Assembly (NCBI GenBank): GCA_010093605.1
Contig: MU004195.1
Coordinates: 930,001 to 994,000, forward strand
DNA: 64,000 nt
Direction of reading: 5' to 3'
Source of the DNA: Lophium mytilinum
Taxonomy: Eukaryota
The translations under genes and the position numbers were made by a program. The first letter of the stretch is position 1. Every line of letters begins with the position of its first letter. The notes under the pieces are model-generated. The model did no database searches. It was not told the origin of the DNA and saw only the letters and a list, made by a program, of their open reading frames with translations. Shown here piece after piece: positions 49,991 through 62,700 of this stretch.

Positions 49991-51260
49991 TCAGACCTTC
50001 CCAACACCCGCGTTGCCCTTCACGCTAGAAGCGACACCGGTGTTAGCAGCAGCGGTAGCAACCGTCTTGCCACTAAAGTCTGAGAAGAAGCTGGTGACAG
50101 AGCCAGTGAGAGTACCACTGCTTCCAAATGCATTCAGTTGGCACACATGGCCAAGGTAAGTTGAGCAAGCCTTGTTTGTTGTGGTATCGGGGGAAGAAAA
50201 AACGCTGCCAGCAGAGCCAGAAAGAAGCGGTGACACGACGTTCTGAAAAACGTTTCCTTCCGCAACAACGTAACCACCACTGGCAACATCGAAGGCATGG
50301 CCGCTGTTGGCGTACCAGTAGTTGTTGACCGCGTGAATAACAGAGTTACCGCCGACCTTTGGTGATCGTCCGCTAGTGTGGTGGATGTAGTTGCCCTTGA
50401 GCGTTACAAGGTCATTTGAGCCAGTGAAGTACAAGGCCCAGTAATGGTGGTTATCACAGGTGGCCGACCAGGATGTGGAGCCATCAAACTCGTTGTTGGT
50501 GATAGAGACGCGGTTAGAGGCAGTGGTGCCCAAAACTACGAACTGGCGACCGATGAGGGAGATCTTGACGTGATCGATCCATACTAGATCTGCACCTGCG
50601 ATGGTAATGGCATCCCCACCCCAAATGTACTGAGGGTTCAGCTCGGTGATATGGATGTTCTGGATGATGACGTTCTTTGCTCCGTTGGCAATGCGCAGAC
50701 CCTTGCCGCGAATGACTCCTGAGCTTCCGATGCCAATGATAGACTTGTTCGAGCCGACGTCGATGGAGCTAACGCCGGCTTTGTCGTAAGTGACGCTGAT
50801 AGAAGTCGCTCCGGTTCCAGCGTTGCCGTTGGTACACCTAACGAGCATGTTAGATTAAATCCATGTACAGCAACTTTGGGAAAATGTAGTACCAGTCAGC
50901 GTGATTGATGGCATCCTGTCCACCATCACCCGGGCACTTGTTCGAAGCAGGTCTGCATCCTGTCTCGGTCACGGAACCCTCACTACCGATGAAGTTGTAC
51001 CTAGAGACTTGACATTAGGACGGTATGGCAATGGTTGAGAATGAGAATGCGCACTCTTTGTTCAAGACGATTACTCGAGCCGTTGAATCAGTGAGCCAGG
51101 TCTTCAACTCAGCAATATCAGCAGGATACTGAGGGGTAGCAGAGCCTCCACCCGTAGTGCTCGCAGCAAATCCTTCGGGCGTCCCACTGACGCCAACAGC
51201 TACGGACCGTCCCGCAAGCAACGCGAGAGAAAGAAGCGAGAGGATTGACATGCCCGGCAT
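49991..51260 (-). CDS. Secreted pectin lyase (polysaccharide lyase family 1)
   Basis: Signal peptide; [66 protein letters not shown]. Two introns. Confidence 0.92.
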
Positions 51261-52248
51261 GTTTGAAAGGAAGTAATGGGGTTCGAAAGAAAGAAGTAAG
51301 GATAATACCTTGAATGGTGGGCTTCTAGCTTCACTTTATCATTGTAGTCCCCTGTAAGCTAAAAAGATTGCAGTGAGACTTTCCGGAAAATTTGTATCCA
51401 TAGCAGCGGGGTTGAATAGAATTCTCCGGTGACTGCCGTGAGTGTTTCGGCATATTACCTTCGCTTGAAGTGTTCGAAACACACTTCGGGACAGATAGCT
51501 TGGCGCAATTTAGATTAGTGCCGGAGCAAGGTCTGAGCGAGTCAGATGCGAGGAATAGCCGTCTCTAAGGACGTTTCATTCATGCAGAACATGCGATCGA
51601 ATCGAAGTGCCAAGACATGTTGGAACGATCACTCAAAATAGAGGGGTTCTTGCCAAGTACAAGCCTTTGAGTGAGCAGAGGGAAAAGTGCTAAGATAATG
51701 TGCAGATAATCAGGCCGCAGCACAGAGTACTCAGCACGGAATATTATGAAGAATGCTGCTGCTGTACGTAAGAGCTTTTTGTTTTGAGTCCATTTCCGAG
51801 TTAACGTGGTGCGTGGTGGTGGGAGACGGAGATGAGGTTTTGGAAAGATAGCGATCGGAAACATCCATCAATAGATGGCCCCTGATGCGTAGACCCCTGC
51901 TGACTAGCCACGTGACCTTTGACTTAAACTGTTAGTGATCAATAGAAGGCCCTTTGAAAGAGACAATAGAGTATAAAGCGAGCGCACAGACTGGTCTAGA
52001 TTGCTTCTCATGTTCGCCCAAAGGAGTAGGCTCTAGGATAACGCCGAGTTGAACCCCCCACGTGATTATTACTAGGCCCCCTACACGCGAGTCCAGAGAG
52101 TTGCTGTCGATAACGACAAGAGATGCAATGCAAGTATGAGCTATTCTGCTTGTAGCCATCAATATTCTCTGACATTCGAGCCATCGCCATCGCCACGTAA
52201 ATATTCAGCACCCTGAACTCCCTTTCCTACACCCCTCCAACGGATATC

Positions 52249-53559
52249 TCATCCCTTGCAGTACTCAGCGCCGAGTCGCCTCTTCTTGGCGACCACGACC
52301 GAGTCTTCTAGCTCGACGCCTGAATGGCTTCCAGATATTGACACTGTGGAGTCGCTGTTACCCTGCGACTCCTTCTCGGCTCCGTCATCATCATCGATTT
52401 CCGCCTGTTCCACTTCCAGAGCGTATATCGACGCACGAGACTCACGAACGTTCGAGACCTCCCCCACTTGCTCTACTTGATCACTGGGAGGCGGTAGCGG
52501 CTCGTTTTCTTTGTCGTCGTCAGATGCAGCGTATTCGCGTGTAATACGAGTGGGAGCGGCTTTCGGAGCTGTTGCCAGTTGACCATCCTCATTGCTCGCC
52601 TCGGGAACCGCACTCAGACGTGGTCGGTGTCCTAACCTCCCCTTAGGTTTCATCTTGACTAAACGTTGGTGCTTTCCACCTTGGGGTTCTTCCACTTCCG
52701 GACGGTATTCTTGCGCGAGTGGATGTTTGCGCTTTTGCTTCCGCGCCTGGGGCTCTTCAGCTCCTGCGTCGGCTTCTTCAGTTGGCGGTGATCGCTTGCG
52801 CTTCGCATCAGTAGGTGGTTCGGTCACATGAGTGACCTCTCGATAGCACTCCAAACCTCTCACTGCGTGGTCGTGATACCAGCAGCTTCCCAACTCCGCC
52901 ACTTTCGTCGGAAGGTTGCCGAAGCGTGGTATACCAGTAGCCAGACGATCTTTGTTCAGCTTGAGATAACAGTCCTGCACAAGGCACAAGAAGCTATTAG
53001 GGTAGTCATCCGAGTTCTCAATCCGGCAGCAGGCTGCGTTTCCGCTTCCGCAAACCTCTACGAACAGCTTCCGTAGCATGGAACGTGGCTTTGAGATACG
53101 CCACACTGCATTGACCAGGGCTTGGCCAGGTGGGGCATGCGGCTTCAGCTTGCGAAGCAGCACATCCATGATGTGGTCCATGAAACGGGATGCGCCTATG
53201 CGCTCTCCAAGAAGGTATGTTTCCACCAAGTCTTCAATGCTGTTCCACTCGAACTTCGATCCATCCTTTTCCCTAATGCTGTTCGTGCGGACGAAGAAGT
53301 GGAAAATAGTGTATGCAGGGACATCTTCTTCGCCAAGTATATCGAGCTCCTCGTTATTCTTTTCGAGGTCCTGGAAGTACTTGGCAAAGGAGCGTGAATT
53401 TTTGATCAGGTCGTCCCTGTTGAAGTTGAAAGTCGCGGCAGGTATGAAAACGGGAAGTTTTCCGCGGTCTGGGTGGTCGAAATACTCGACATGACCGAGC
53501 CGGAGCTCGAAATAGGGGGTTATTGGAATTGGATGATGAGTTGAAGCGCCTCGTGGCAT
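52249..53559 (-). CDS. Fungal BTB/POZ-like domain protein with acidic/basic disordered C-terminus
   Basis: LIKNSRSFAKYF...EEDVPAYTIFHFFV...LVETYLLGERIGASRFMDHIMD...SMLRKLFVE pattern of fungal BTB proteins. Intronless 436 aa with NLS-like KRKR and KKRR. Confidence 0.65.
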   Translation of the reverse strand: MPRGASTHHPIPITPYFELRLGHVEYFDHPDRGKLPVFIPAATFNFNRDDLIKNSRSFAKYFQDLEKNNEELDILGEEDVPAYTIFHFFVRTNSIREKDGSKFEWNSIEDLVETYLLGERIGASRFMDHIMDVLLRKLKPHAPPGQALVNAVWRISKPRSMLRKLFVEVCGSGNAACCRIENSDDYPNSFLCLVQDCYLKLNKDRLATGIPRFGNLPTKVAELGSCWYHDHAVRGLECYREVTHVTEPPTDAKRKRSPPTEEADAGAEEPQARKQKRKHPLAQEYRPEVEEPQGGKHQRLVKMKPKGRLGHRPRLSAVPEASNEDGQLATAPKAAPTRITREYAASDDDKENEPLPPPSDQVEQVGEVSNVRESRASIYALEVEQAEIDDDDGAEKESQGNSDSTVSISGSHSGVELEDSVVVAKKRRLGAEYCKG

Positions 53560-54255
53560 CTTGCTGGTTATCTCCAGCTGGAAACAAGTTCTCTTAGGAG
53601 TTGAGTCTTATTAGGAGAGATTGGTGGTGTTTATGGTGGTGGCACTCGTAGGTGGTCATGTTATTGTGCACTTTTAGTAGATGTGCCGAATTCCTAGGCG
53701 GCCCTTCGCCTTGGAAGTGGCATTCCGGTGAATTCTGACCACCTACTCGAACATTGACGCCCGATGTACAAAATTATCACGGAGACTATCGGGACTTGGG
53801 AGTGTATTGAGCTCTAGTGGATATCAGTGGAGCGTTTCTGCGGTGGGCGACCAACGGTGGAGAGCGAATTAGTCGATGAGTGAAAGAGAAAGAGGGCACA
53901 CATGGATGTGGAACAAGTTCCCAAGATCTCGTATGTTACGACTAGCAAAGTGTTCGAAGGAAGGATCTAGAGCAACGGAGGAAGAGACGCGAAAGATAAA
54001 GAGCCATTCTGAGAGTTTGACAATCTTCCCTGATTTGCGCCCCTACTTCTTTCGTCGGCATTTCTATAAAGCCCTTCACTTCTCTTCCGTACCTTTACTT
54101 GTCTTAAAATCCGAATCACCGACGGTCGCAGATCACAATCATTCCAACATGTCCCAGTCAATAACTCTATACATCGGCACAGACCAGCCAAATGTGTTCG
54201 TTTCTGGAACCCTCTCATGTTTCATTCTTTATTCTTTGTAGTTTACACAAACAAG

Positions 54256-56540
54256 TGTTAGATAGCAAACAGGATCCTTCTATATTAGAAAGATCACCGC
54301 AGTAGATAGAAAGTATTAATCCTAAGATATTACTTCTTACTTTCTATAGGTTTAAGCCCTCTTCTATAAGCTGCGCTTACTCCAGCTATATACGTTGGCC
54401 CCACTCGGCCACATTATACGGCTGCGCTTATTCTAGCTACCTACATTAGCTGTGCTTATTCTAGCTACCTATAATTAGCTGCGCTTATTCCAGCCCACGG
54501 TCTAACATTAGCTAATAAGTTAGCACTCCTCTTTAATAGATTTCTCTTCCAGCACTATTATTAGGCTTCCGCCTAATTTTAAAAAGCTCTCCGGTCTAGA
54601 AAACTTTATTACATGGCGCAAGGCCTTTTAGGAAATTGCTTTACTCTATAGTGTCTCTTCTATTATTAATAGCTCTAAGCTAGTTATAAAGAAACCTAAT
54701 ATTAATAATTACTTTACCCGTATCTCTTAATAGAATAAAAATGCTTTTAATAGCCCTCTTTATATATAGATTACTACTATAAAGTATAATATAGAACTTT
54801 AGAAATAGAAAGAGAATAATAAGCGCGTGCGTTTTATATTAATACTAATTTAGGCTATAGTTAAACCCTATATCTATAATAAAGTTTCTAAAGCTTCTAG
54901 ATAAGTACTCTCTATACTTGCCGGCCTTATTAAGAGTAATAATAAGCCTACTCTTACTTAATAGCTAGATGCTGTAAGACATTAAATTAAATTAATTTAG
55001 TTTTAGAATTTTATATCTATTTATAAATATATTCTATAATATATAGAACTATAATAGAATATTAAAGATACTAGGGGTATCTATCTATTAAGTTAAGTAG
55101 TTCTTAATATACTATATAGTCTCCCTACTTACTTTAACTCCTTTATTAACCTTTAGATATTTAATAATAAAAACGCTACTATTAATAGTGCTAGATATAG
55201 AGCGTTCTATACTAAGCTTATCTAATATACTACTAATTATAAAGAACGCTAGAATTAGTAGAAATAGACTAAGAAACGTAATACTTATTTAAAAGGCAGC
55301 TCTAAAAAGAATAAGAATAATAAGAAGTCTAACTCCGGTAATAGTACTAAGCGGGACCGACCTAAATACTTCTACTATAAAAAGATTAGCTATAAAGAGA
55401 ATATTTATTAAAAAAAGATTATAGATAATTCTCTAGATAATAAACCTAATTCTAACTTATTAAAGCTAAACCTATCTAAAATAGACTCTACTAAGGTAGA
55501 TACTAAATTAGAAAAGAAATCTAACCTTATAGGTATAGTAAACCTAGCTATTTACTAAAATAATAAATATAATAATTTACCTTCCCGTTATATAGCTGCG
55601 GTTGCGGCTAAATTTAATATTAATTAATTCCGTTAAAATCTCTAAGATGCCTATCTATTAACTAGTATATTCTCTCTCTTTATACTTAGCTTTCTTACTA
55701 ATTAACTATAGACTTATTTAATTATCTATTAGAATTATAAAGCGTATAGTGTAGATAATATATATAAGGGTTTAGATATAAAAGGTACTTATAATTTCTA
55801 TAGATTAAATAGATAAAAAATCTCTCTTCTACTTATATTACTTTCTAGAACTATTTAGAAGAATATATAGCTAGGCAACTCTAGTATATTAATATATATT
55901 ATAAATAACTAATTATTCTTTTCTTTCTTTATATTTATAAGTATAAAGATTAGTACCTATAAAGAATAAACTTAACTCTTAATTACTAGTAGAGGTACCG
56001 CTTTTATTACTATCTATAATAAATTAGGAAAGTTAACTAAGCTCTAGCTCTCTAATATTATATTTACACTAAATAGCTAATATAATTTTATTTCTCTTCT
56101 AGATCTTACTACTAAGGCTAATATTAGCTTTTAGAGTACTAAAACTAGTATAACTCTTTTTAATGCTACTTATAAACTATTTATATATACTCTACTCTAA
56201 CGCGGATTATATTAATTCTATATTATCTAAGTTACTATACCTTATTTCCCTATTATAGCTACTATTATTAACTAGTTAAATTCTATATAGAACTTTTATA
56301 GATAACTTAGTTATATTAGCTTTAAAGCTATATAAAAACTTCTTTTATTAAGTTAAGGTTTCTCTTTTACTAATAAGTAGATTAAAGATAAGGTTAAAGA
56401 AATCTATTCTATCTATATAACTACTCGCGCTCTTAATAAAATTCTACGCGATTCTATAAGGCGCTATTTTTAAAAGCTTAGTAATCTTCTTTTTATTAAT
56501 ACCTAGAAACTATATTCTATTCTAGAACTTAAGAGAGAAT
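54256..56540 (+). mobile_element. RIP-degenerated Ty1/Copia LTR retrotransposon (5' LTR, gag, protease, start of integrase), truncated by the Gypsy insertion
   Basis: Starts TGTTAGA at 54256, with an inverted match TCTAACA at 54501-54507 and a PBS-like GGTTTAAGCCC near 54349, so the LTR end is ambiguous. After reversing C>T/G>A changes: zinc knuckle CFYCKKIGHKENIC (about 55367-55410), protease WLGDSG (about 55868), LHRRLGH (about 56293) and CxxC (about 56405). This is the Copia domain order. Confidence 0.75.
54370..54496 (+). repeat. About four copies of GCTGCGCTTATTCCAGC within the Copia 5' region
   Basis: Copies near 54370, 54421, 54449 and 54478 that differ by C>T changes. Confidence 0.75.
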
Positions 56541-56760
56541 TATTATAGTATAATAGTAGATTATAAGAAAAGACCTAATATTAGTATATATAGATAAAGT
56601 AGCTATAAGAGAGAAAGAAGGGCGCGGAGCGCCGGCTAAGAGGTAGGTAAGGCTGGCGCTAAGCCTAGTTATATAATAGTAATTATATACTAGAGAGTAT
56701 ATAACGCCGTTATATATATTAGAAATATATTATAATAGAAGTTATATTATAGCTATAATA
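56541..56760 (-). mobile_element. 3' LTR (220 bp) of the Gypsy element
   Basis: Perfect terminal inverted repeats TATTATAG...CTATAATA (RIPed TG...CA ends). A minus-strand polypurine tract AGAGGGGGAGTAG lies immediately adjacent at 56761-56773. Confidence 0.8.
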
Positions 56761-59700
56761 CTACTCCCCCTCTAAAAGAAACTATATATAGAGCTTCTAT
56801 TAAACTTTAGCCTTTCTATTTTATACTTACTATGCGTAAGTACTACTTTCTAATTAGTTCTTTCTTAATTAGTCCTTTCTTAATTAGTTCTTTTTTAATT
56901 AGTCTTTCTATTAATTATATAGTCTTTCTATAATTCTCTATAACTCTTTAGTCTTTTATATAGTATTATAAACTATTAGTATTATAAACTATAGGTATTA
57001 TAACCTATAAGTACTATATAGGTGTAATATAAATTAGTATAGAAGTTTAAATTTATAAACCTTTATATTACCTATTACCTAGCAGTTTACTAGGTTAGCG
57101 TCTTCTAACTAGAGAAGTTAGTAATTACTTAGCTAGCTAGCGCTAGTTAGCTTTAGTAATATCTAGCTTATAGTCTACTTCTATAGTCTTAATATAATTA
57201 TAGCTAGTAGGGGTTTCTAGTACTTAGGTTTCTTAAAAGATTTATAAGGTCTAGCGGCGTTAGGGTATTAATAATAGTAGTCTATTATAATATCGCGGTA
57301 ATTAAATATGCTTTTATATAACTTCTACTTAGGTTTAGTATTTTAGTCTAGGTAACTAGTATATCTAATTTTATATTAAAGAAGTTCTTTAAGGCCTATA
57401 GCTAGATTAACTATTACTTTATTAATGCGTAAGTTAATAATATTATTAATATCCTATTACTTAAACCCTTCTTTATTAACTTTAACTAGGCCGGGCTTAT
57501 TATATATCTATTCTTTAAGTAGTTTATAAGTAACTCTATAAAGTAGCTATAGGTAGAAGATATTAAATAGTTTTTTTATAGTTTATAGTAAGGTAAGCTT
57601 ATAGGTACTATTATTAATAACGCGCGTAATCTTATAGGGTTCTAGTTACTTATAGTCTAAGGACTTATTTAGGCGCTAGGTCTTAATATTCTATATATTA
57701 AGTATAACTTTATCTTCTATTTTAAGCTTAGGCGCGGGTTTATATTTAAGATTTATATAGTAAGCTTAGCGAGCTTATACCTATATAAGTTTATTATAAA
57801 GAAATAGTTATAAATAGTTAATATATTTAGCAAGTATGTTAGCTTTCTCTTATAAGAACTTCTAGGGCCCTTTTAGTTTAACACTATTATTAGTAGGCTT
57901 AAGTCCTAAATATAGATTATAGCCTTTAGTTACTATAAATAGTAACACGCCTATTATTATCTTATTATAATTAGCTTTAAACTTAGCTATAGGTAGGAGG
58001 TCTATCTAATTATTCTATTTATAATTAATATAGGCTTATAAGTATTATTTTAAAGCTATATTTATAATTTTAGTCTAGCTATCTATTTCTAGGTAAAATA
58101 ATAAGGATAACTTAGGTAAGGTGCTAATATAGGTATAGAGGCATTTCTAGAAGTATAATATAAACTATACGCCTTAATTAGATATAATAGTATATAGATA
58201 GCCTTTCTTACGCTAGACCTATTTAATAAATACTTAGATAACTAGCTTAACTTCCGTAGAATTAAGCGGGATAAACTTTCTCTTCTTAGATAGTTAATTA
58301 ACTATAACTATAATATACTTATATTTCCTACCCTATTATTTATAAATAGGCAGCAGTCTAATAAAGTTAACTAAGATGTTATACTAGTAGTAATGCAGAA
58401 TTAGTAGTAGGTAAAGAAGGCCTTACTTACCTTCTCTAGAGTACTTTAAGTAGTAATAGGTTATATAAGCGCCTATATACTAATTAATATTAGAGGTTAT
58501 AAGAGGCTAGTAATAGTAGTTACTTAACCTAGCGTATATAGAGGTAGTTTCTATATAACTAGCTAGTTTAGGTTTATATATAGAATAGATAATTATAGTA
58601 TATAATTTTAGTATAGCTAGAATATAGAGCTTCTTATAAATATAGAGAAAATTATTAATAATATTATAATTACTAAGCTTAATTTATAGGTAATAGTTAT
58701 AATAGAATTAAGCTAGTAGTTATTACTTATTACGGCGCTTAGCGTATTTAACTACTTATATAATAGAATTAGCTTAAGAAGCTTTCTTAACTTAGTATAG
58801 AATTTAATTACTTATTAGAACTAGCTTTAATGCGTTATATAGCTTAGTATTAGAAGCTTATCTATTATTAGTAGAAGAATTCTTTATCTTATCTCTTACT
58901 ATAGAGGTAGTTCTAGAATTCTTTATCTTATCTAGAGGCTTTAGTTATAATCTTATTTATCGCGTGCATATAATAGTAAGCCGTAGCTTATTATTAGGTT
59001 AGTTAAACTTACTAAGGTTATATATTATAGAGGCTAGGTCTATAATAGTATATTCTAGGGCGTTATCTATAAAAATGTAGGCTAGTTTAATAGTATAGTG
59101 CATATTAGGCTTATAGTTAGTAGGCTTAAGTATAACTTATTCTTAATATTTATAACGGGCGTCGCCTTCTAATAGTTTATTACTAGAACGTCTAGTAAGA
59201 AGGTCTAGTTTATTATTAAGTTTACTAGGTTTATATATAATTTTAAAGTTAAATTTAGCTAAGAATTTAGCCTATTATACTTAATAGCGGTTAAGACGCT
59301 TTATTATTATAAATATCTAAAGGTTCTTATAGTTAGAGATTACATTAATAGGGCTACTATATTTCTAGCCTTAGCTAGTAAGTTCCGGGCGCTAGTCTTT
59401 AAACGCTAGAACTATAGCAAGAAGTTCTTTATTATAGATAGCGTAGTTAATTTATTATAGAGTTATCCTTTATAATATAAAAGTAATAGGTTATAAGATG
59501 CTATCTAGTTATATTTATAATAGTATAGCGGCGATAGTATAGTCTAAGAAGTTATATTCTATCTATATTTTATAATCTAGATTCTATAGAGCTAGCTAAG
59601 AAGCGTTTCTAAAGTATTCTTTAATGCGTATAAATGTATATACTTTATCTCTATTATCTTTCTAAAGGAATTTAAATAATTTCTTAGCGGATAATATAAG

Positions 59701-62700
59701 TATAGAGAGAGGTACTGTAAACTTAGAGTATCTAGTAATAAAGTAATAGTAGAAGTTATAGAAACCTAGAAAGGCTTAAATATTCTTAAGATTTCTTAAA
59801 GTAGGCTAATTAAGTACTATTTAAACTTTATAAGGGTCTATATAAACACCGTTAACTCCTATAATAACTTCTAAGTATTTAACTTCTTAAATAGTAAATT
59901 CTAACTTATAGATATTAAGAAAGAGTCCTATATCTTTTAATCTAGTAACTATAGAAATAATATACTTCTTATATTTATCTAGACTATTACTAAAGATAAG
60001 AATATTATCTATATAGGCTATATAGTAGCGGTCTAGATCTTTATATAGTGTATTATTAATATATACTTAAAATAAGCTTAAGGCGTTATATAAGCTAAAT
60101 AGAAGAACTATAAACTTAAATAGACCCTATTATATTAGAAAAGCTATTTTATACTTATCTTCTTTCTTAATATATAGGGCGTTAAATACGCTAATAATAT
60201 CTAGCTTAGTATAGTATTTAGCTTTAGCTAGTAGTATAAGCGTGTTCTTAATAAGAGGTAGTATATTATAGCTCTTAATTATAATATTATTTAGTTCTCT
60301 ATAGTCTATATAGATATAAAGACCGCCTCTAGGTTTCTTAATAATAAGTATTAGAGTAGTAAAGAAGAATAAGCTTAGTTAAATAAAGCCTTTAAAGTGT
60401 ATTTTATTAATAAAAGCTTTTATAATAGTAGCCTAGTCTCTAGAGAGGCTATAGACTTTCTATATAGATAGCTTACTACTAGGCTAAAGGTTAATTACGT
60501 AATCTATATCTTAGTAAGGGGGTAATATATTAGCTACTTAGGGGTTCTAGGTATTATAAAGATAGTAAAGCTAATTAAAAAGAAGTTATTTAATTTCTTT
60601 ATTAGTAATGGAAGGTCTATTTATCTTATTAAAGAACTTTCTATAGTTAGCTAGGTTAATTATAAATAGGTTAGATATAAACGCGGCTTATTTTTTAGCT
60701 AAGGTATTATTAAGCTTAGTAAGCCTATAAAGGGTAGAATTATTAGCTATAGTATAAATAGTCTTATTCTTATAGATATTAAGCTTTTTAAAGTCTTTAT
60801 TCTATAGTTAAATAATAGTATTTTCTTTACCTTTATAGGTAAGCTTCTAATATTTAGTAAGAAAGTTATTAGCTTTATTTAGGTTAAAGCTAAGTTTATA
60901 ATAATAGTTAATAATTTTATATAGGGCGCTATTATATAGCTTCTTTTCTTTATAGGTAATATCTTAGTTGCGGCTATTACTCTAGATCTATTAGTAGCTA
61001 TCTATATATAGATAGTTACTTATATAGTAGTTAGAGTTAAAATCTAATATATGCTCTCCCTATATAGAACGGGGCTTATAGCGCTTAAACTAGGGTATAC
61101 TAAGAATAATATTATAGCTCTAAAGGTTAGTAATATAGTACTATAGATATTTAATATAGGCTCTAAGTAATAGCGTAATTTAGGCTTTATATATAACTAT
61201 TAGCGTAGAGCGGCTATTAGTAAGCTATAGTAGTATTAGTTTAGTAATTATAATAGTTATAAGCTTATAGACCTTTATAAATATTTATAATATAAAGGTA
61301 AGGTATAAGTAACTAGTATTAGTTAGATATTTACTATTAATAGCGCTTATAGTAGTATAGATTTAATACTTAAAGTTAAGCTACTTACCTTATATAACTT
61401 TCTTAGAGAAATTAAGTGTATAAGTAGAGAGCCGGAGTTTATCTAGCTTAAAAGGTAGTTACTCTAGCTTATAAATATAGGTAACTAGTGTATTTAGATA
61501 AATCTCTACTAAACTTTAACCGTAACTATAGTTAGAGCCTAGGGAAAATCCTTACTATTAGATAAGTCTTAATTATTATAAGTAGCGTTATTATTACTAC
61601 TATTATAGTTAATAGTAGCTAGAGTATTACTAAGCTTAATATTAGATATAGAATTATCTATATAGTAGATTATAGAGAGCTTTAGATCTAGTTCTTTCTA
61701 GAAATAGGCAAGATGTTATTAGACTATCTCTTTAAAAGGAGGGGCGTTCTTTATATAAAAATAGTTGCGGTTTAATATATAATATTCTATCTTAAGGTAG
61801 TTATAGTAGATATCTTAAGTTTATTTACTTAATACTTTAGTTACTATAGAAGGGAGATAAATGCGGCGTATATTACTATTATAGTTATAGTAGTATAAGC
61901 TATTATCTATAATAGGGCGTAATAAATATATCTTTAGGTTATAGTTAAAGTCCTATTAAAAGCTATAATTAGACTTATTAGTAAATAGCTTATTAGTATA
62001 TTTTAAGCTATTACTATTATTCTAGAAGGGGCCGTTAGAATATTACTACTTGCGGGCGCGTTCGCGCTTACTAGTAAGATAGAAGACTGCGCAGTTAATA
62101 GTAGTAATAAGTTCTAGCTAGTTTATATAGTTATTAGCGGCTCTAAAGACCTAACTTCTAAGTTTAGAGATAATAAGATGCTTAAGCTATTCTTTCTATT
62201 TAATAAAGTTTATATCCTTATTAGAGTCTATAGATACTATTTTCTAGAACTAGAGAAGAAAGATAGTCTATTTTTTATTATATTTTATATATACCTGCTA
62301 GCTATAAAGCTTATTATTTATAGCTATAGCTTTATTATTAATTATAAAGTATAGATCTATTACTTTAAATATTTCTTTAATTATTTTAAAGTTATTACTT
62401 ATAGAGCGGTTCTATTAAGTATAGCTATATATAACGCTCTTAGTGTATCTAATATAGTATAATTTAATATACTTAAGCTTAGCTTACTTATTATAGAAGT
62501 CTTAAGGTTTATTCTAGAAGATAGTATAGGCGTAAGCTTTCTATAATTTATACTTAGATATATTATTACGTTCTTTAAACTTCTAAAGGTTGCGGAACTT
62601 AGTATAGAGCTAGTAGAGGCTAGTAGCAAGTTAGGCGTTTAGATTATATAAGAAGTCGGGTTAAGTAAAGTAATTATAGTTAGAAGAGTTATTATCGCCT

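Noticed and set aside
56850..56945. Short TTAATTAGTYCTTTC tandem repeats
   Set aside because: An ordinary internal repeat in the Gypsy 3' untranslated region, with no unique spacers.
62399..62629. 76-aa ORF in the AT-rich block
   Set aside because: A chance stop-free fragment of the RIPed gag region, not a functional gene.
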